A stretch of 64,000 nucleotides of DNA from Balamuthia mandrillaris (taxonomy: Eukaryota). The stretch covers positions 124,001-188,000 of the forward strand of contig JAVKOQ020000008.1 in NCBI GenBank assembly GCA_031835245.2, given 5' to 3'. This document shows, piece after piece, positions 31,562 through 45,501 of this stretch (positions are counted from its first letter, which is position 1; each line of letters opens with the position of its first letter). Made by a program: the position numbers and the translations under genes. Under the pieces are notes generated by a model. That model had not been told where the DNA came from. It saw nothing but the letters and a program-made list of their open reading frames with translations, and did not search any database.

Positions 31562-32974
31562 AACCTGAGTTCCACTTGAAGACAAAAAGTGTCTCCAAAG
31601 TTGGGTCCTGTTCCTCGAATCCATTGGCCAACTGTAATAGGCGGACCTGTCTCTAAATACTGTTTCACAGCCTCTTTTCTTCTCTTTCTCTTCGCATCTT
31701 CATCATCTTCTTTTTTATTCTCACTTTCTTCTTGCACCGCGAAAACATCTTCGTCCTCATTGTTGCTTGCGTGAAGTAAAGCTTCCACGAGATCGATGCA
31801 TTTGGCTCGTTTGCACCAATCATGAGATGTTATGTAGGTTCGTTGTGACTTGTGGAAGAGACTAGGACCTCCTTCTGATTCAACTTTCCATCCATTGCCA
31901 CCATTCTCAACAACGTGCCATCCTCCTTCTAACCGTGATGAAGGTTCGTTGGAATGTTCTTCTTCTGCTTGATGTTTGTGGAGAAGGCACCTCTCGACTG
32001 GTTTATTTTCTTCATCCATGTTTGTCACTATAAGAGAGAAGAGAGAAAGCGAGGGGGGAGAGAGAGAGAGAGAGAGAGAGAGAAGAGAGAGGGAAAAATG
32101 AGACAGAACAGAAAACAGATAAACATTGAATATAAGATAAACGGGAGGTAAAAACGTACAAAAAGACGAATCTCCTATCCAGAACAAATTCTCGATTCTA
32201 TCGGACAGCACTCGTTCTTCGGTGAGAGGCCAGCCTTCAAGCGTCCAACCCGGAGCGAACAAAGCAACGCTCGTGGATGCCTCGTTGATCACCTTCAAAG
32301 CTTTCCAACAATCGAAACCGCCTCCTCCAAATGTCCCCCTTCCCCATACGTCGATTCCGGTGAGCACCGAAAAACTGTCTTTCTTTTCTTTCTCGCTCTT
32401 TTTGTCATCACCTTCAGCAGCAGCAGAAGAAGAAGCACAAGCAGAAGAGGTAAAAGCGCAGCTCTGATTGGGCATATCCTCCTTCCAAGCATAGTTCAAA
32501 AAGATGCCATCCGTGCTCCTCCAAAACGGCGCGTTCCTTTCGTTCAGCACGTTTTGCCATTTCAATTCTCCCGTATCGTGTGTAACGCTATCATACCAAA
32601 GCAGCACCTCCTCTTCTTCTGTCTTTTCTAATTCGCGTCGTAATAGTTGGCGAAGATACTTCAGGAAACGCAACAGGCGTTGAGTATAAGGCGGAGGCAG
32701 TTCATTCTCGATGTTGAAGAACCAACCGTCAAAGCGATAATACTTTGCGATGGCCGCAAGTTGATGAGCAAAGAAGAAATCTTCTCCGTCTGCTTCTTGA
32801 TCTTCTGTTGAAATATTTTTTAGAAAAGAGAGGCATTCCCGTTTGCCTTCCTCCCACTCTGTGATGAATGTGCCAAAGACTTTAACTCCGTGTTTATGTG
32901 CTGCATTTGTCCATCCTGGTGCTATTAATAGTAGGAATGTTTTTAAACAAAAGGTTAGGGAAGTCAACGAAAAA

Positions 32975-33022
<48 letters not shown>

Positions 33023-33830
33023 ACGAGGAATGGCAATGCGGCTGTGGCTAAAATAAATAAAAATATCAAGGTACTGCCAATGAACAAATGTATAAGCATC
33101 AGCAAAAGAAGAACCTCCCTGTGGAAACTTGTCCTTTCCATAACCTCCTGCCATGTCGCTTCGTTCGATATCAGAAAAACGGGGTCGAGTGGGGAGAGAG
33201 CAGAAAAAAAGAAGGAAGAAAGAAGAATGAAAAAAGAGAGTTAAGTACTGGCAATGAATGACTTTCCGACGAGTATTTCCTTGTGAAGATGCTCGTCTCA
33301 GTGGCACATGAGAAACGTTGAGTGGATCACGACCAGGTTGCCAGTCGCGAAGCTGCTCTATGCTTTTTAATGGACAAGTCTGGAATTGTAAAGGCGCTGC
33401 CGAGTCCTTTGGAAGACGTGGTCTCGCTTTGCTATTCAACGCATGTTATAAAGAAGAAATGAGAAAGCAGAAAGATGAAGGTAGAAAGAAGAAGACGTAC
33501 TGAAGGTCACGGATCTTCTCTGGTGTTAAACAACAGGAGAAGAAGCGAATGTCTTGCAACATTCCTCGAAATGGCTCTTTGCACTTTGGCCCCAACACTA
33601 ACGGCCCATTCCACTGCTTTGGTTGTGAATGCTTGTGCGTGGTGTTGTCAAGAAGAAACGAGGCCTCTTCCACGCCGTTGAGAAACATGCGCAATCCGCC
33701 ATCACCTTGGCCAACAATGGCGACGTGAGTCCTGTTCTCGTTCATATCACCGAAAAGCTGACGTCAGAACAACAAAGAGCACAAACATAACAACAAAAAG
33801 AGTCTCGGAAAAGCACGACAAGAGGGGGAC

Positions 33831-33875
<45 letters not shown>

Positions 33876-33894
33876 CAGAGAGTGACAGAGGGAC

Positions 33895-33930
<36 letters not shown>

Positions 33931-34090
33931 GACCAGCAATTGAACGCGACAGAAGAACAAGAGAGAAGAAGGCAGGGGCAAGACGAAGACGAGAAGCAAG
34001 CAGCCGCTTCACAACCTTCATGCAGACGAAAACCCATCCTATCATCCCTCTTCCAAGCGACGAGAAGCGATCAGCAAATAAACAAGAGAA

Positions 34091-34136
<46 letters not shown>

Positions 34137-34594
34137 GTCGCTCTTACTTCGATTGAAAAAGTGAACGCGAACGCCGATGGCTCTGCATCTTGTCCTTCTT
34201 CTTCGTCTCTTTTTCCGTCTCCTTCTCTCTCTGTCTCGCCAAGAAGGACCACGGGGCACGGGAACTCACGCAACGGTCGTAAGCTCTTGAAGAAATAGAA
34301 AAAAAGAGATGAGATGGTCTCAGCCAACAAAGAAAAACAAAGGAAACTTACGGGATACATCCACACAGCGAAGGAGAACGACGACGCTTCTGCTTCATCC
34401 AACTTTGGGAGGCTGCACGTTGAATTGGGATCCAATTCATCAGTGAAAACTTGCAAAAAAAAAGTAGAGTGGTACTATGTTTACCAAGATAGAAGGGCAT
34501 AAGATGGTATGGTCACGGGCGCCTCGCCCTCCAGACCAACGGGCCAACCCAACAGCCCACCAGTGCTTCCCCAGTTGTTGTCTCCTTCTTCCAT
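29811..34594 (-). CDS. ENGASE: Endo-beta-N-acetylglucosaminidase (GH85) with N-terminal LamG/ConA-like domain and inserted FBA (Fbs1-type) domain
   Basis: DMAGGY, FVHWQYLDIFIYFSH, WTNAAHKHGVKVFGTFITEW, FDGWFFNIEN, WYDSVT..GELKWQN, GIFLNYAW, GIDVWGRG, LFAPGW, LPFYTNFCRGVG; start codon uncertain (34500 or 34594). Confidence 0.88.
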
Positions 34595-34636
34595 CGTTTT
34601 TCTTTCACTTTCATGACGACATTGCTTGCAAGCACC

Positions 34637-34736
34637 CGTGTCGTCACAACCCAATGAGTGTCGACATAAAATAGTGTCGACGCAATTGACATCAGAAAAA
34701 GCATCTCGTGTCGTCACAACCGATTTAATGTCGACG
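34637..34736. promoter_or_regulatory. Cluster of five TGTCG(A/T)C motifs upstream of ENGase, including a 15-bp direct repeat 70 bp apart
   Basis: CGTGTCGTCACAACC at 34637 and 34707; TGTCGAC at 34659, 34675 and 34729. Confidence 0.55.
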
Positions 34737-34989
34737 CTATTGCTTCAGAAAGGAAAAGAAAGAACGAAAATAAAGAAGAAGAAAGATAAAGAAGCAAAGA
34801 AGAGGAAGAAGAAAGCCAAAGCAGAACAATTACACCAGAATCGAAAAAATAATATAAAAGAGAAAACATCAACAAAGCGCAGAGAGAGCGAGGATAGGCC
34901 AAGCGTCTTCGCTTTTTTTCCCCCACCTTCCCCTCTTACAGTGGAACATACGGATTTGATGGTGATGAATGCGCACGCACCCGTTCTCT

Positions 34990-35542
34990 CTACCACTGCT
35001 GTTCGAGGAAGACAACATAGTCGGTGAGCTGTTGCAGTTGGGGCAGGCCGGTGGATTGTTGCTTGGGTTGAAGAGGAATCTTTGGACACAGCATGCCGCT
35101 GCTCGAGTCCACTTCCCATCCGTTCTCCGCCGCCACTGTAATGCAGAAAGAGAGGAACAAAGAGAAAAGAGGAGGAGGAGGAAGAACGAAGATAAGCAAA
35201 AAAGAAAAAAACTGGTATGTGACGGAAGAAAGAAATACGTTTTGTGGTATCGTTTTCTGCTAAGCCCAAAAGAGTTGCACAGTCGCTGACGGTAATGGTG
35301 GAGTAGGCCTTTGCCACCAGGTCAAACATCCTTCTTCTGTATGATTCTATTTTGTTGCACAAATAGAGAGTTTGAGAAGAGAGAAAAAAGGAAAATATAA
35401 GAAAGAATAATGAGAGAAGCATAATGAGAGAACGAGATAAGAGAGGAGGAATGAGAGCGGTAAAAGGGGACGATGAGCACGAAATGAGAGAGAGAACAAA
35501 GAAACGAGATAAGCTCAGAGAAAGTAGAGAAAAGAGAAGAAT

Positions 35543-35576
<34 letters not shown>

Positions 35577-36188
35577 ACAGAGAAGTGAAAGCGAACCGAA
35601 AAGAGAAAGGAGAACACAGAAAGAGATAGCAAACAGAGAACAGACGAAGAGAGAAGGACAAACGAACAAAAAAAAAAAGGAAAAATAGAAGGAGAGAAAA
35701 CAAACCAGCAAGAGCGGTGATAAGGGCGGCCACGCCAGGGCTCCAGTTGAAGGCGGTGAGGGCTTTGTAAAAGTTGGTGGGGTTCTTGGCCCACATCTCC
35801 CTGCCAATGGCCCAAATGGCGGAGAGCTCGGGGTCGCTCTCTTTGAGGGGGGCGGGGATCCTCTTCCAGAGGAACCGGGCGTGAGAGAGCTCGTTCTCGA
35901 TCATGTAGACCAGCAGGTGCACGGAATAGAAGGGCAGGGCGTGGGCGTCAGGGTTCTCTGCACACTAAATAAAAATATGCATCCAAGAGAGGAAGTAAAA
36001 CCAATCAATCAATCGATGCTACGTTTTTGAGGCATCACCACAAATAAAATAAAAATAGAAAAAAATGACTCAGAGAAGCGAAGCAAACAAACCTCATACT
36101 CCCAGTCTTCACAGTGCTTGGCAAGTTTGCCCCAGCTGTTGCTCTTGATGAGATCAGTGATCGTTTTCTCCACGCTTGCCTTGGCCAT
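34990..36188 (-). CDS. CSN8: COP9 signalosome subunit 8
   Basis: ARFLWKRIP, WAIGREMW, RRRMFDLVAKAYSTI, QLQQLTDYVVFLE. Confidence 0.92.
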
Positions 36189-36521
36189 TGTTTTGTTGCT
36201 TTTACCTGGACCGTCCAGCCGTTCTCCCCTCTTCGTTAATCTTCCACCCTTTTTTTGTTTATGTGTGGCGAATCACTGAAGTCGACAAAAATTATCTCGA
36301 GAACGACGCGAAAAACTGATTTTTCGGTCGACATGCAAGGACTGTCCACGTAAAATAAAATTTGTCGAGTGTTTCTCGCGTCGTTCTCGAGGGAATTTAT
36401 GTCGGCACAAATACCTCCCGCCAAATTTTTTTTGTTTCCGCAAAAAAAGTTCCCTTTCGAACGGAGTGGAAGAGGCAGCAGCAAACGGAACCCCACTGCT
36501 ACTTTTTTTCTTGGAGCGAGG

Positions 36522-37896
36522 ATGTCTTCCGGCGGACCGGCGCTCGCAGAGGAAACGTTGGCCTTTCTGAGAGAGAGCTTTCAGCTGTTCTCCGTCTATT
36601 TGGAGGAGTCCGGCGACCTGTTTTACGATGTTGACACATCCTCTTCTGAAGGGGGCTTGGCATCTTCCGATGAGGACGAGGATGACGATGATGACGACGA
36701 GTGGAATAGCAGCGAAGAAGAGGGATTGGAGTACTTTCTTCAGAATATGTCGCTCTTGAACCATGTAGTGGGAATGCCACCTCCTCGCCGTCGCCGCAAA
36801 CGAAACGTTCCGTGCAAGTTCTACCTGATGGGCAATTGCAGGTATGTGCTACGTTTTTTTTTTTGTCTGTGAAATCATCCTTTCTTTGCCTCTTTTTCTG
36901 TTTTCTTCCACGTCTGTTATTCTTTTCTCCCCCTCTTCTTGTTCTTCTTTGACAAAACTCTCGAAACGAAAGAAACTGATGTTGGGTTTTTGCCAACAAA
37001 AAGGAATGGGAACCAGTGCGACTTTCAACACAATGTTGCCGTTCCAGCCTCTGCAGCTGATGCTTCTTCTCCCTCTTCCTCTTCTCCTCAGCGAGCTGGT
37101 CCTCACCCACAACCGCGTAGAGGAGGCGCAACCACCACAAGCGCTCGTCAGCACCAAATCAACGTGCCATGCAAATTCTTTGCCAACGGCCAGTGCCGAA
37201 ACGGCGAGAATTGCAGGTTCTCTCATGCCGCTGTCGGCTCCTCTTCTGCTGTTAGTTCTTCAAGCACCGACAAGGAGGATAACCTCCGTGAATGCGCTAT
37301 TTGCTATGAAACAGTGGAGACGTTTGGCTTGCTGGAAAACTGCGACCACTGCTTCTGCCTACCTTGTATTCGCACGTATGTTTAAAAGCTCTTCTACTAC
37401 TTATTCAGCTGATCTCTCTATCTCTTCTCTCTGCTTCTCTCATATCGGCTCAAGTACTCGTTTTCTGCTTCTCCTCACATTCTCTTCTCTCCTTCTCTTT
37501 CTATTCTCTCTCATGAATTTTTTCATTTATGTCTTTTTCTTTACAGTTGGAGAAGCAGTGCCAAACCAGAAGAAGACGAACACCCGTTCTTTTCTGACAC
37601 GCCCTCCGCCTCTACTGTGCGGGTATGCCCCATGTGCCGCCAGACGAGCTATCTGGTTGTGCCCTCCAAGGTTTGTTTGTTTTTTTTTTGTTTTTCAAAC
37701 CTAAGCCTGCTGACTAACATCCTCTTTCTTACTCATTGCGCGTTAGGTGTGGCCTCGTGATGCAGCACACAAAGCAAACATTGAACAAGTCTACAGGGAA
37801 AGACTAGGCGCTATTCCCTGCAAATACTTTAGCAACGTTCAGTTTTGTCCCTTTGGCGAGCACTGTCTGTACCAGCACCTTGAGGTCAAGGACTGA
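36522..37896 (+). CDS. Makorin-like CCCH zinc finger / RING E3 ligase
   Basis: PCKFYLMGNCR, PCKFFANGQCRNGENCRFSH, CAICYE..FGLLENCDHCFCLPCIR|W, CPMCR, IPCKYF..CPFGEHCLYQH. Confidence 0.88.
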
Positions 37897-38552
37897 CGCA
37901 ACAGCTCCCTCCCTATTCTTCCGCCTTCAACGCGCAACGCTCTGCTCCTTAGAGGAGGGGAGCGCCACGCCACGCCACACCCACAAAATGTAAAGCATGA
38001 AAAAAATGTACATACCTCACATTGCGTCAGTGACGTGGCGTTCATTCATTCATTAACGTTTCTGTCGACTCAATTCTCTGAACTCCGCACCAACAGAGAC
38101 GTAGCGCGATAAACTCCGAAGCCCCAATTCATTAACAAACCAAAAAATTGTTGTTGTTTTTTTTCTTTTCCGCTCCCCGTAAACTTTAATTTCCTGGTTA
38201 TTTTTTTTTTGTTATTTTTTTTTTCGCATTTCTTTTTTTTTTTTAAACAAAACCAAAAGGGTCACTTTCTCTCTCTATCCTTTACCCACTTACTCAAGGT
38301 ACCGTTTATTTTTTTTTGTTTGCCCCTCACCACCAACCCAGACCAGAGAGACGAAAAAAAAAAACAAAGCAGTTTTTGCTTGGTTTGCAAAAAGAGTAGA
38401 GGCAGAGAGGAAAAGAAGAACGAGAGTGTGTTCAATTTTTTTTTTTCTGCAAGGGACTGACAAAGAACATCACTAATCTCTCTTCTCTTTGTTTTATTAT
38501 TATTTATTTATTTTCCCTTTCCCTCCAGCAGCCTCAACAATAATCACAAAAG

Positions 38553-39718
38553 ATGGCAGACAGAGAAACCACCGTGTTCATGGCCGAGGTGGCCGAGCAA
38601 GCCGAGCGCTACACTGGTTCGGTTTTTTTTCTTTTTCCCCCTTTTTAATTTTTAGTTCTCATCAAACTGTCGCATGAGTTTATCCAATCCATCTCACTCC
38701 CTCTCTTCTTCTCAGAAATGGTTGAGTTGGTGAAGGAGCTGGCCAAGGCTCACCAGGAGCTTTCCGTGGAGGAGCGGAATCTTTTTGCTGTTGCCTACAA
38801 AAACACCATCGGCTCTCGCCGTGCTTCCTGGCGTATCGTTTCCTCCATCGAACAGAAGGAGGACGGTACGTTATTTTTTCTCCCTCTTTATTTTATTTTC
38901 TTTCCTTGTTCTCCCAATTGATCAAATGCTTTTTCCCCCCCTTTTGTCTCTCTCATTTGCAGGAAGCACCTACAGCAGCAAGATCAAGGACTACAGAGAG
39001 AACATCGAAAAGGAGCTCGACGGCGTGTGCGATGAGGTCTTTGACCTTCTCGACAACCACCTCCTGCCTCACGCCACCTCCGACGATGCCAGAGTCTTTT
39101 TCTACAAAATGTATGGAAACTTTTTTCCTCGTTGCAAATATTTTTTGAATTATTTCTAATATTTTTCTTCTTACATATTATCGATAATTATCGCTCCAAT
39201 TTCAAAATATTTGGATATTATTTTGGATATTTATCGTTAACAGGAAGGGAGATTACTTCCGCTATAGGGCAGAGTACTCCAGCGGCGACAAGCGAAAGCA
39301 AGCCGCCGACGGAGCCGCCAAGGCCTACGAGGAAGCCAACAAGGTGGCCACCGAGAAGTTGTCCCCCAACAACCCTCTCCGCCTGGGCCTCGCCCTCAAC
39401 TACTCTGTCTTCCTCTACGAAATCGCCAACCAGCCCGATGAGGCCATCAAGACCGCCAAGGAGGCTTTCGACCAGTCCATCGCTGAGATCCAGACCATGT
39501 CCGAGGAGGACTACCGTGAAGCCAGCGTGGTGATGCAGCTCCTCAGGGACAACTTGACATTGTGGACCTCTGACCTCAATGACGATGAGGAAGATGATGA
39601 CGATGGTTTGTTGTTTTACCTCCAAAAACCTTTTCTGTCTCTCTCCTCCCGTTTTTCCCAGAAGCTAACTTCCTTTCCCTTTCCGTTTTCCACAGATGAT
39701 GACAAGAAGGACGAATAA
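38553..39718 (+). CDS. 14-3-3 protein, 5 coding exons
   Basis: [79 protein letters not shown]. Confidence 0.97.
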
Positions 39719-40157
39719 ACGCGCCCCTCTCACCCACCCTTTTGCTTTTATCTGAGTGTAGTATTCTTAGTAAACATTTTTTTTTCTGTTCGCATTTTTC
39801 TTTTTTGTCGATTACCCAAACACCACAATTTTCTCAACGATATATTTAAATATATCTCTTTTTGCGAAATTGTAAGGATAATTATCGACAGTTGGTCTAT
39901 AAAGTTGGCACCGTCGGGCATTGAACCGACGGCACCCCTGCCGTGCTGACAAAAGATAGAAAAGAAAGAGGCGTAACGTTTTCTTTCTGTTGTTTTGGGG
40001 TTTCTTCCTTCTGCCCTGTTGTGGGTGTGTGTTTTCCTCTCACAACGACAGAACAAGCAAACAACGAGAACTGATGTGACTGATCGACAGAAATATCTAC
40101 GCACACTTAAAGGCCCTTTTTTAACTTTCACAAAAATAAAATACAATAAAAAAGAGA

Positions 40158-40493
40158 ATGGGAACAACAACAGCAAGATGTGGTGGTGGCGGTCCATTGC
40201 GTCTTTTCAGGCTTGTGGTCGCAGCGTGCTTGATGCTCTATGCGGGGGGTTGTGGAGCATCTGAGCCGTCTTCTGCTGATCCTGCAATACCAACGCCGTA
40301 TCCCCCGTTGATGCCCACCAACTTCACGGCCGCCTTCCTCCTGGTCAGGCACGACATGGGCAGCCAGCCCGTCACCTGGGCGGGGCAGCTCTTCTACTCC
40401 TCCGAGTTCCTCAAGCTGCGCCAGGACGTGACGGCCTCTGAGGACCAGACCATCACCTCCACCTTTTCTTACTATGGCTTTGTACGTCTCTTC

Positions 40494-40532
<39 letters not shown>

Positions 40533-41047
40533 TCAATGCTTGCAAACAACAGGAAGCGCAATACATCTACACCTACTCCAACGCGGTCCCTCCCAGCTGC
40601 TTCTCCTTCTCCGTGGACAAGTCCAGCTACCCCCTCCCCAACTGGCTCTCCTTGGCCACCTACCAAGGCACCGCCCAGGTGCTGGGCCGGCAGACCGCCC
40701 ACTGGCGAGGGGAGGGCGGACCCCGCTTCGGCCCTTCCATCGGCTCCGCCTCGTGGGACTGTTATCTGGCCCCCGCCTCGGCGCTCTCCGGCAAGGAAGA
40801 AGGAGAGAAGGCAGGAAGGGTGGTTCAGGTTCCTGTGTTGGTGTCGAACGACATGTTTGAGATGTACTTCTTCTCGGTGGCTCCTGGGAAGGTCACCCCG
40901 CTGACCTTTCAGCTGCCATCCATATGCCCATCGGATCCGATCCATCTCATGACAACCAACGACGACGTTCTTGTTGGTGGTGGCGGTGGTGGTTCTCCTC
41001 CTCTTTCCTCACCCTTTTCTTCATCCCCTGCTGCTCCTCCTCGTTGA
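40158..41047 (+). CDS. Secreted/lysosomal protein, ependymin-related (LolA-fold)-like, 2 exons
   Basis: Signal peptide; PLMPTNFTA, GQLFYSSEFLKLRQD, ATYQGTAQVLGRQTAHW and TFQLPSIC fit the EPDR-like pattern. Confidence 0.55.
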
Positions 41048-41138
41048 GACGAGTTCTTGTCTTTATTGTTCTTGTTCAAACTGTAATATGCCTCCCCAGT
41101 TAGTTGCTCCATTCCGTTTTTGTGTTTTAAAAACACTT

Positions 41139-43269
41139 TTAGCGACCATAGCCACCTCCACTATAGCCGCCATTGGTGCCAGGATAACCTCCTCCCCCTC
41201 CTCCATAACTGGATCCAGGAGGTGGTCCGCCATGACCGCCACCGCCACCAGTATGCGTGCCAGGATACCCTCCGCCCCCACCTACATAGCTGGATCCAGG
41301 AGGTGGTCCGCCATGCCCACCACCACCGCCGCTATAGCCTCCTCCTGGTGGGCCTCCATAGCCTCCCCCTCCGCCTCCTGCTCCTCCTGTTGGGCCGCTG
41401 CTTCCGCCGTAGCCTCCACTCAGTCCTCCTCCCGTAGATGCTCCGCTATAACCACCTCCTCCGTAGCCGCCAGAGGGGCCGCCCCCACTATATCCTCCTC
41501 CACTGGGAGGTCCTCCAAAACCACTGCCGCCACCACCAGCATAACTAGAACCTCCGCCAATATTGGAAGGAGGCGCGCCACCATAACCGCCTCCACCACC
41601 GTAACCTCCACCCCCAGCGGCACCATAGCCACCACCGCCGGTAGGAGGTGCTCCACCATAACCCCCTCCACTCCCAGAAGGTCCGCTATAACCCCCACTG
41701 CCACTTCCTCCCGTTGGACCGCCATAACTTCCACCCCCGCCCGTTGGGCCGCCATAGCCTCCAGTAGGAGGTGGACCACCATAGCCACTATGAGAAGGTC
41801 CCACATGTGGTGCAGTGGTTGGTCCTCTGCCACTGCCATAGCCGGTCGTTGGCGCTGGTCCTCCGCCGCCGCCACCCGAGTAACCTCCTGAACCGCCATA
41901 AGCCCCTGATGGACCTCCATAGCCACCAGTGGGAGGCGGGCCTCCATAGCCTCCCCCTACTCCTCCTCCAGTTGGGCCGCTGCTTCTGCCATAGCCTCCA
42001 CTTCCTCCTCCCCCTGTTGGACCGCCATATCCTCCAGTGGGAGGAGGACCACTATAGCTAGGGCCGCCACCGTAACCTCCTCCAGTTGGCAAGTAGGAAG
42101 ACGGCGGCCCTAAGGTAGTAGAAGGTGGAGCGCCTCCTCCTGGATATGGGGGTGCATGAGGGCCTCCGCCACCTCCTCCAGCGTGCATGGGAAAACCTCC
42201 AGAGCCATACCCGCTTGGATAAGGACCCGCTGGTGGTGCGGATGAATTCCAACTGGGAGGCATTGAGGAAGAGCCTGCCCAAGGCGATGTTGCTGTAGGT
42301 GGTGGTATGGCAGACATGCCACCCATGAAGGTTGAGGGCGGTGCGAGTCCTGTCGAGGGAGGAGCAAGTCCTGATGTGGTTGTGGTTGTTATGGTGGTAG
42401 TTGTAGCGGGTGGTGCTTTGAACTTGGAACGAACCAATTCGTCCACTGTCATTTCTCTTACTGCGAGGGAAAGATACAAGGATCAATAAGATACAAGATA
42501 CAGTAGGAAGCAGAGAAAGAAGGAGAAGAAGAAGGAAGGGAGAGGAAAAGATAATGATGGTATGAAGAAGAAAGAAGCAGAGACCGAAACAAAAACTATG
42601 AAAGAAGCTTCTACTAACAAAAGAAAAGAACGAACCTAAAGGAGCACCTGGAGGTCCTTGCTGAACACCACCACAGCCTGGAAAGTTGACGGCAGTAAGC
42701 CGAAGGTTGATCTGTCCTCCTCTGTTCAGATTTACAACAACCGCTTTTTCTACATTATTCACAAGGTTGTCTGTTTTGACCATGCCAGAACCCTTTTCGA
42801 TGGTTTTTTTTGATTTCAGTTTTGCGGTTCGAAGAGAGAAAGAAAACAACCAAAGAGAAAGGGACTTACCAGTTCGTCATCCTTTGTGAACCGGTCTTTA
42901 TCGAATACAGTTACAGTAACAGAGTCTCTGTAGTTGGAAGAGTGGAGGGTGAACGTTTCGTTCCTGCGAAAGCAAAGAAAGAAAGAACGGATGAGACCAT
43001 GAAGGAAGGAGCGGATTAACAAAGAAAAACAATATTTACCAATAAGGGTTGAGCGTCTTCTTCTTGACGGAAGTCTTGGCCATCTTGCCACCCCAGTATA
43101 GTTTCACATACGGATCAGAGTAGCCTAAGGTTTGTTTTTATAAAATAAATGGATGACCAAAACACACAACAAAGAAAAAAGGGGGAAGCGAGTGAAAAAG
43201 TACTCCACCATTGAGGTCGCTCGCACGCAGGTTGGACCCGCTCACCACGCGGATCTGCAAAGTGTACAT
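41139..43269 (-). CDS. C2-domain protein with a long Gly/Pro/Tyr-rich tail
   Basis: LQIRVVSGSNLRASDLNG|YSDPYVKL..KTSVKKKTLNPYWNETF..VFDKDRFTKDDEL; GGYGGPP repeats at 41139-42300. Confidence 0.88.
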
Positions 43270-43733
43270 TCCTTTCTCTTCTCCTTCTTCTCCGTTTTTT
43301 TTTTCGTTTCAGTCGAATTTCCGGTCTTTATTGTGTCGACAAAAATCTATTATCCAATCCTATGAATTTATTTATATCAGCCGATCAGATAATCATCCAA
43401 TCTTTTGAATAACAGGCTCTAACCAACGGCAATTCAAAGTAATGATCCATCGGGAGTGATCAACCAATCCGTTGAATTCCCTAAAATCCACACGAAAAAC
43501 AGGCGCACTACGCGAAAAGAATGGCAAGGGCAGAGCTCTGCTCTCTCTTCTCTGTTAGCTGTGCTTGTGCTTGTGTGTGGGCAAATGTTTTCGTGCGTTT
43601 CGAGCGCAAAGGAAACGACTTAAGGCTAGCATTGGTATTGTGTACACTTTCCTCCTCCCCCCTTGAGCTTCATTCAGTTCTGTGTGGGTTGTTTGGTTTG
43701 AAAGAAAGTAACGAAAAACAAAGGTTCTTGCTA

Positions 43734-45033
43734 ATGGCACATGCGCACTGGTTGTTGTTGAGTCTGGGTTTTTGCCTGGTGGTAGCACTACCTTTTTCAT
43801 GTGATGGTACTACTTTTCTTGTTCTTGTTCTTGTTCTTCTTTCTTCTTGTTCTTGTTCTTGTTCTTGTTCTTGTTCTTCTTCTTCTTCTTGTTCTTCTTC
43901 TTGTTCTTGTTCTTGTTCTTCTTCTTCTTCTTCTTCTTCTTCTTCTTCTTCTTCTTCTTCTTCTTCTTCTTCTTTTTCTTCTTGTTCTTCTTGTTCTTCT
44001 TCTTCATCTTCTTGCATCCTTACTTTCACAAACAACCAACAGCTCTCGTGAGGTCCTACCAAAACTGTGTTGAACTACGGAAGCAACAAGAGCATGGCGC
44101 GGTGATGAGGCTTCACTGGAACATCCGTGAGGACGACAGCAACAGCAACGACAATGGTAATGACAACAGGACCCTGGAACTGGCCTTGGAGTCCTCGGCC
44201 AGGGGTTGGTCCGCCATTGGCATCTCTACGGACGGCACCATGACCAGCTCGGGAGAAGGCTCTGATGTCATGTTGGGCTGGATCAGTGACCCTGTTGATG
44301 GAGGTGAGGGTTCGGCAGTGGAGCAAAGCAAACGACAAGACGAGCAAGAAGACTGTTCCTCTGGTTGCATCAATGACTATTGGGTGGAGACCAAGTTCCC
44401 CAATCCCCCGGTGAAGATGGACGAGCAATGGGGAGAAGGAGGCAGGCCCAATCTCCTGTTGGTGGCCGCTGAGGAGGCGGACGGCATGACCATTTTCGAG
44501 TGGGACCGACCGTTGGACACGGGTGACGTTGTGGCGGATCGTGTTATCGATCCTTCTGTGGAAACGTTCGGTAAGTTGTTCAGCTGTTATTCAAAGAGAC
44601 AAGAGAAAGAACTAACTCAAATCCTTTTCCTTTTGTTCTGTTTCGTTCAAATGTTTATCCGTCAGTCATTTTTGCGGCCAACGAAGAAGAAAAGCCCGAG
44701 AACAGCACGTTCTTCCTTCAGCATACTGGCCTGACATATTCGCGCGTGTCCATACAATTCGATCGAAGCCGTACTTCTTCTCTTTCTCTCCTTTCTTCTC
44801 AGTGTTTGTTTACTAACGGGAGGGCTCGAATGCAAATGACAGACACATGCCAACCAACAAGCGATGGTTCTTTTTCCTCGAGCGGATCCTCTTCTTCCTC
44901 GTCGGATGATTCTTTCCCATCGAGCGATTCCTTCTCTTTCTCAGCATCATCCTTCTCTTCTTCAGATGTGCTGACTTCCTCCTCTTCATCCTACCGAGAC
45001 CACTCCCTCTTCCAATTCCTTCCATTCCTCTAA
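43734..45033 (+). CDS. Secreted DOMON-domain protein with Ser-rich tail
   Basis: Signal peptide; MRLHWNI, GWSAIGISTDGTM..GSDVMLGW, INDYW, EWDRPLDTGD..DRVI. Confidence 0.8.
43815..44012. repeat. (TTCTTG)/(TTC)n intronic microsatellite
   Basis: Direct reading. Confidence 0.85.
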
Positions 45034-45045
45034 CTCAACAATAAA

Positions 45046-45470
<425 letters not shown>

Positions 45471-45501
45471 AAAATAAATATATATTTAAAAAAAACGTGA
45501 A

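Noticed and set aside
39910..39932. Short hairpin CCGTCGG-N8-CCGACGG downstream of 14-3-3
   Set aside because: A 7-bp stem is within chance expectation and has no supporting context
40971..42061. Long antisense ORFs opposite the Gly-rich C2 tail, and similar shadow ORFs opposite acidic exons
   Set aside because: Explained by the codon bias of low-complexity sense exons
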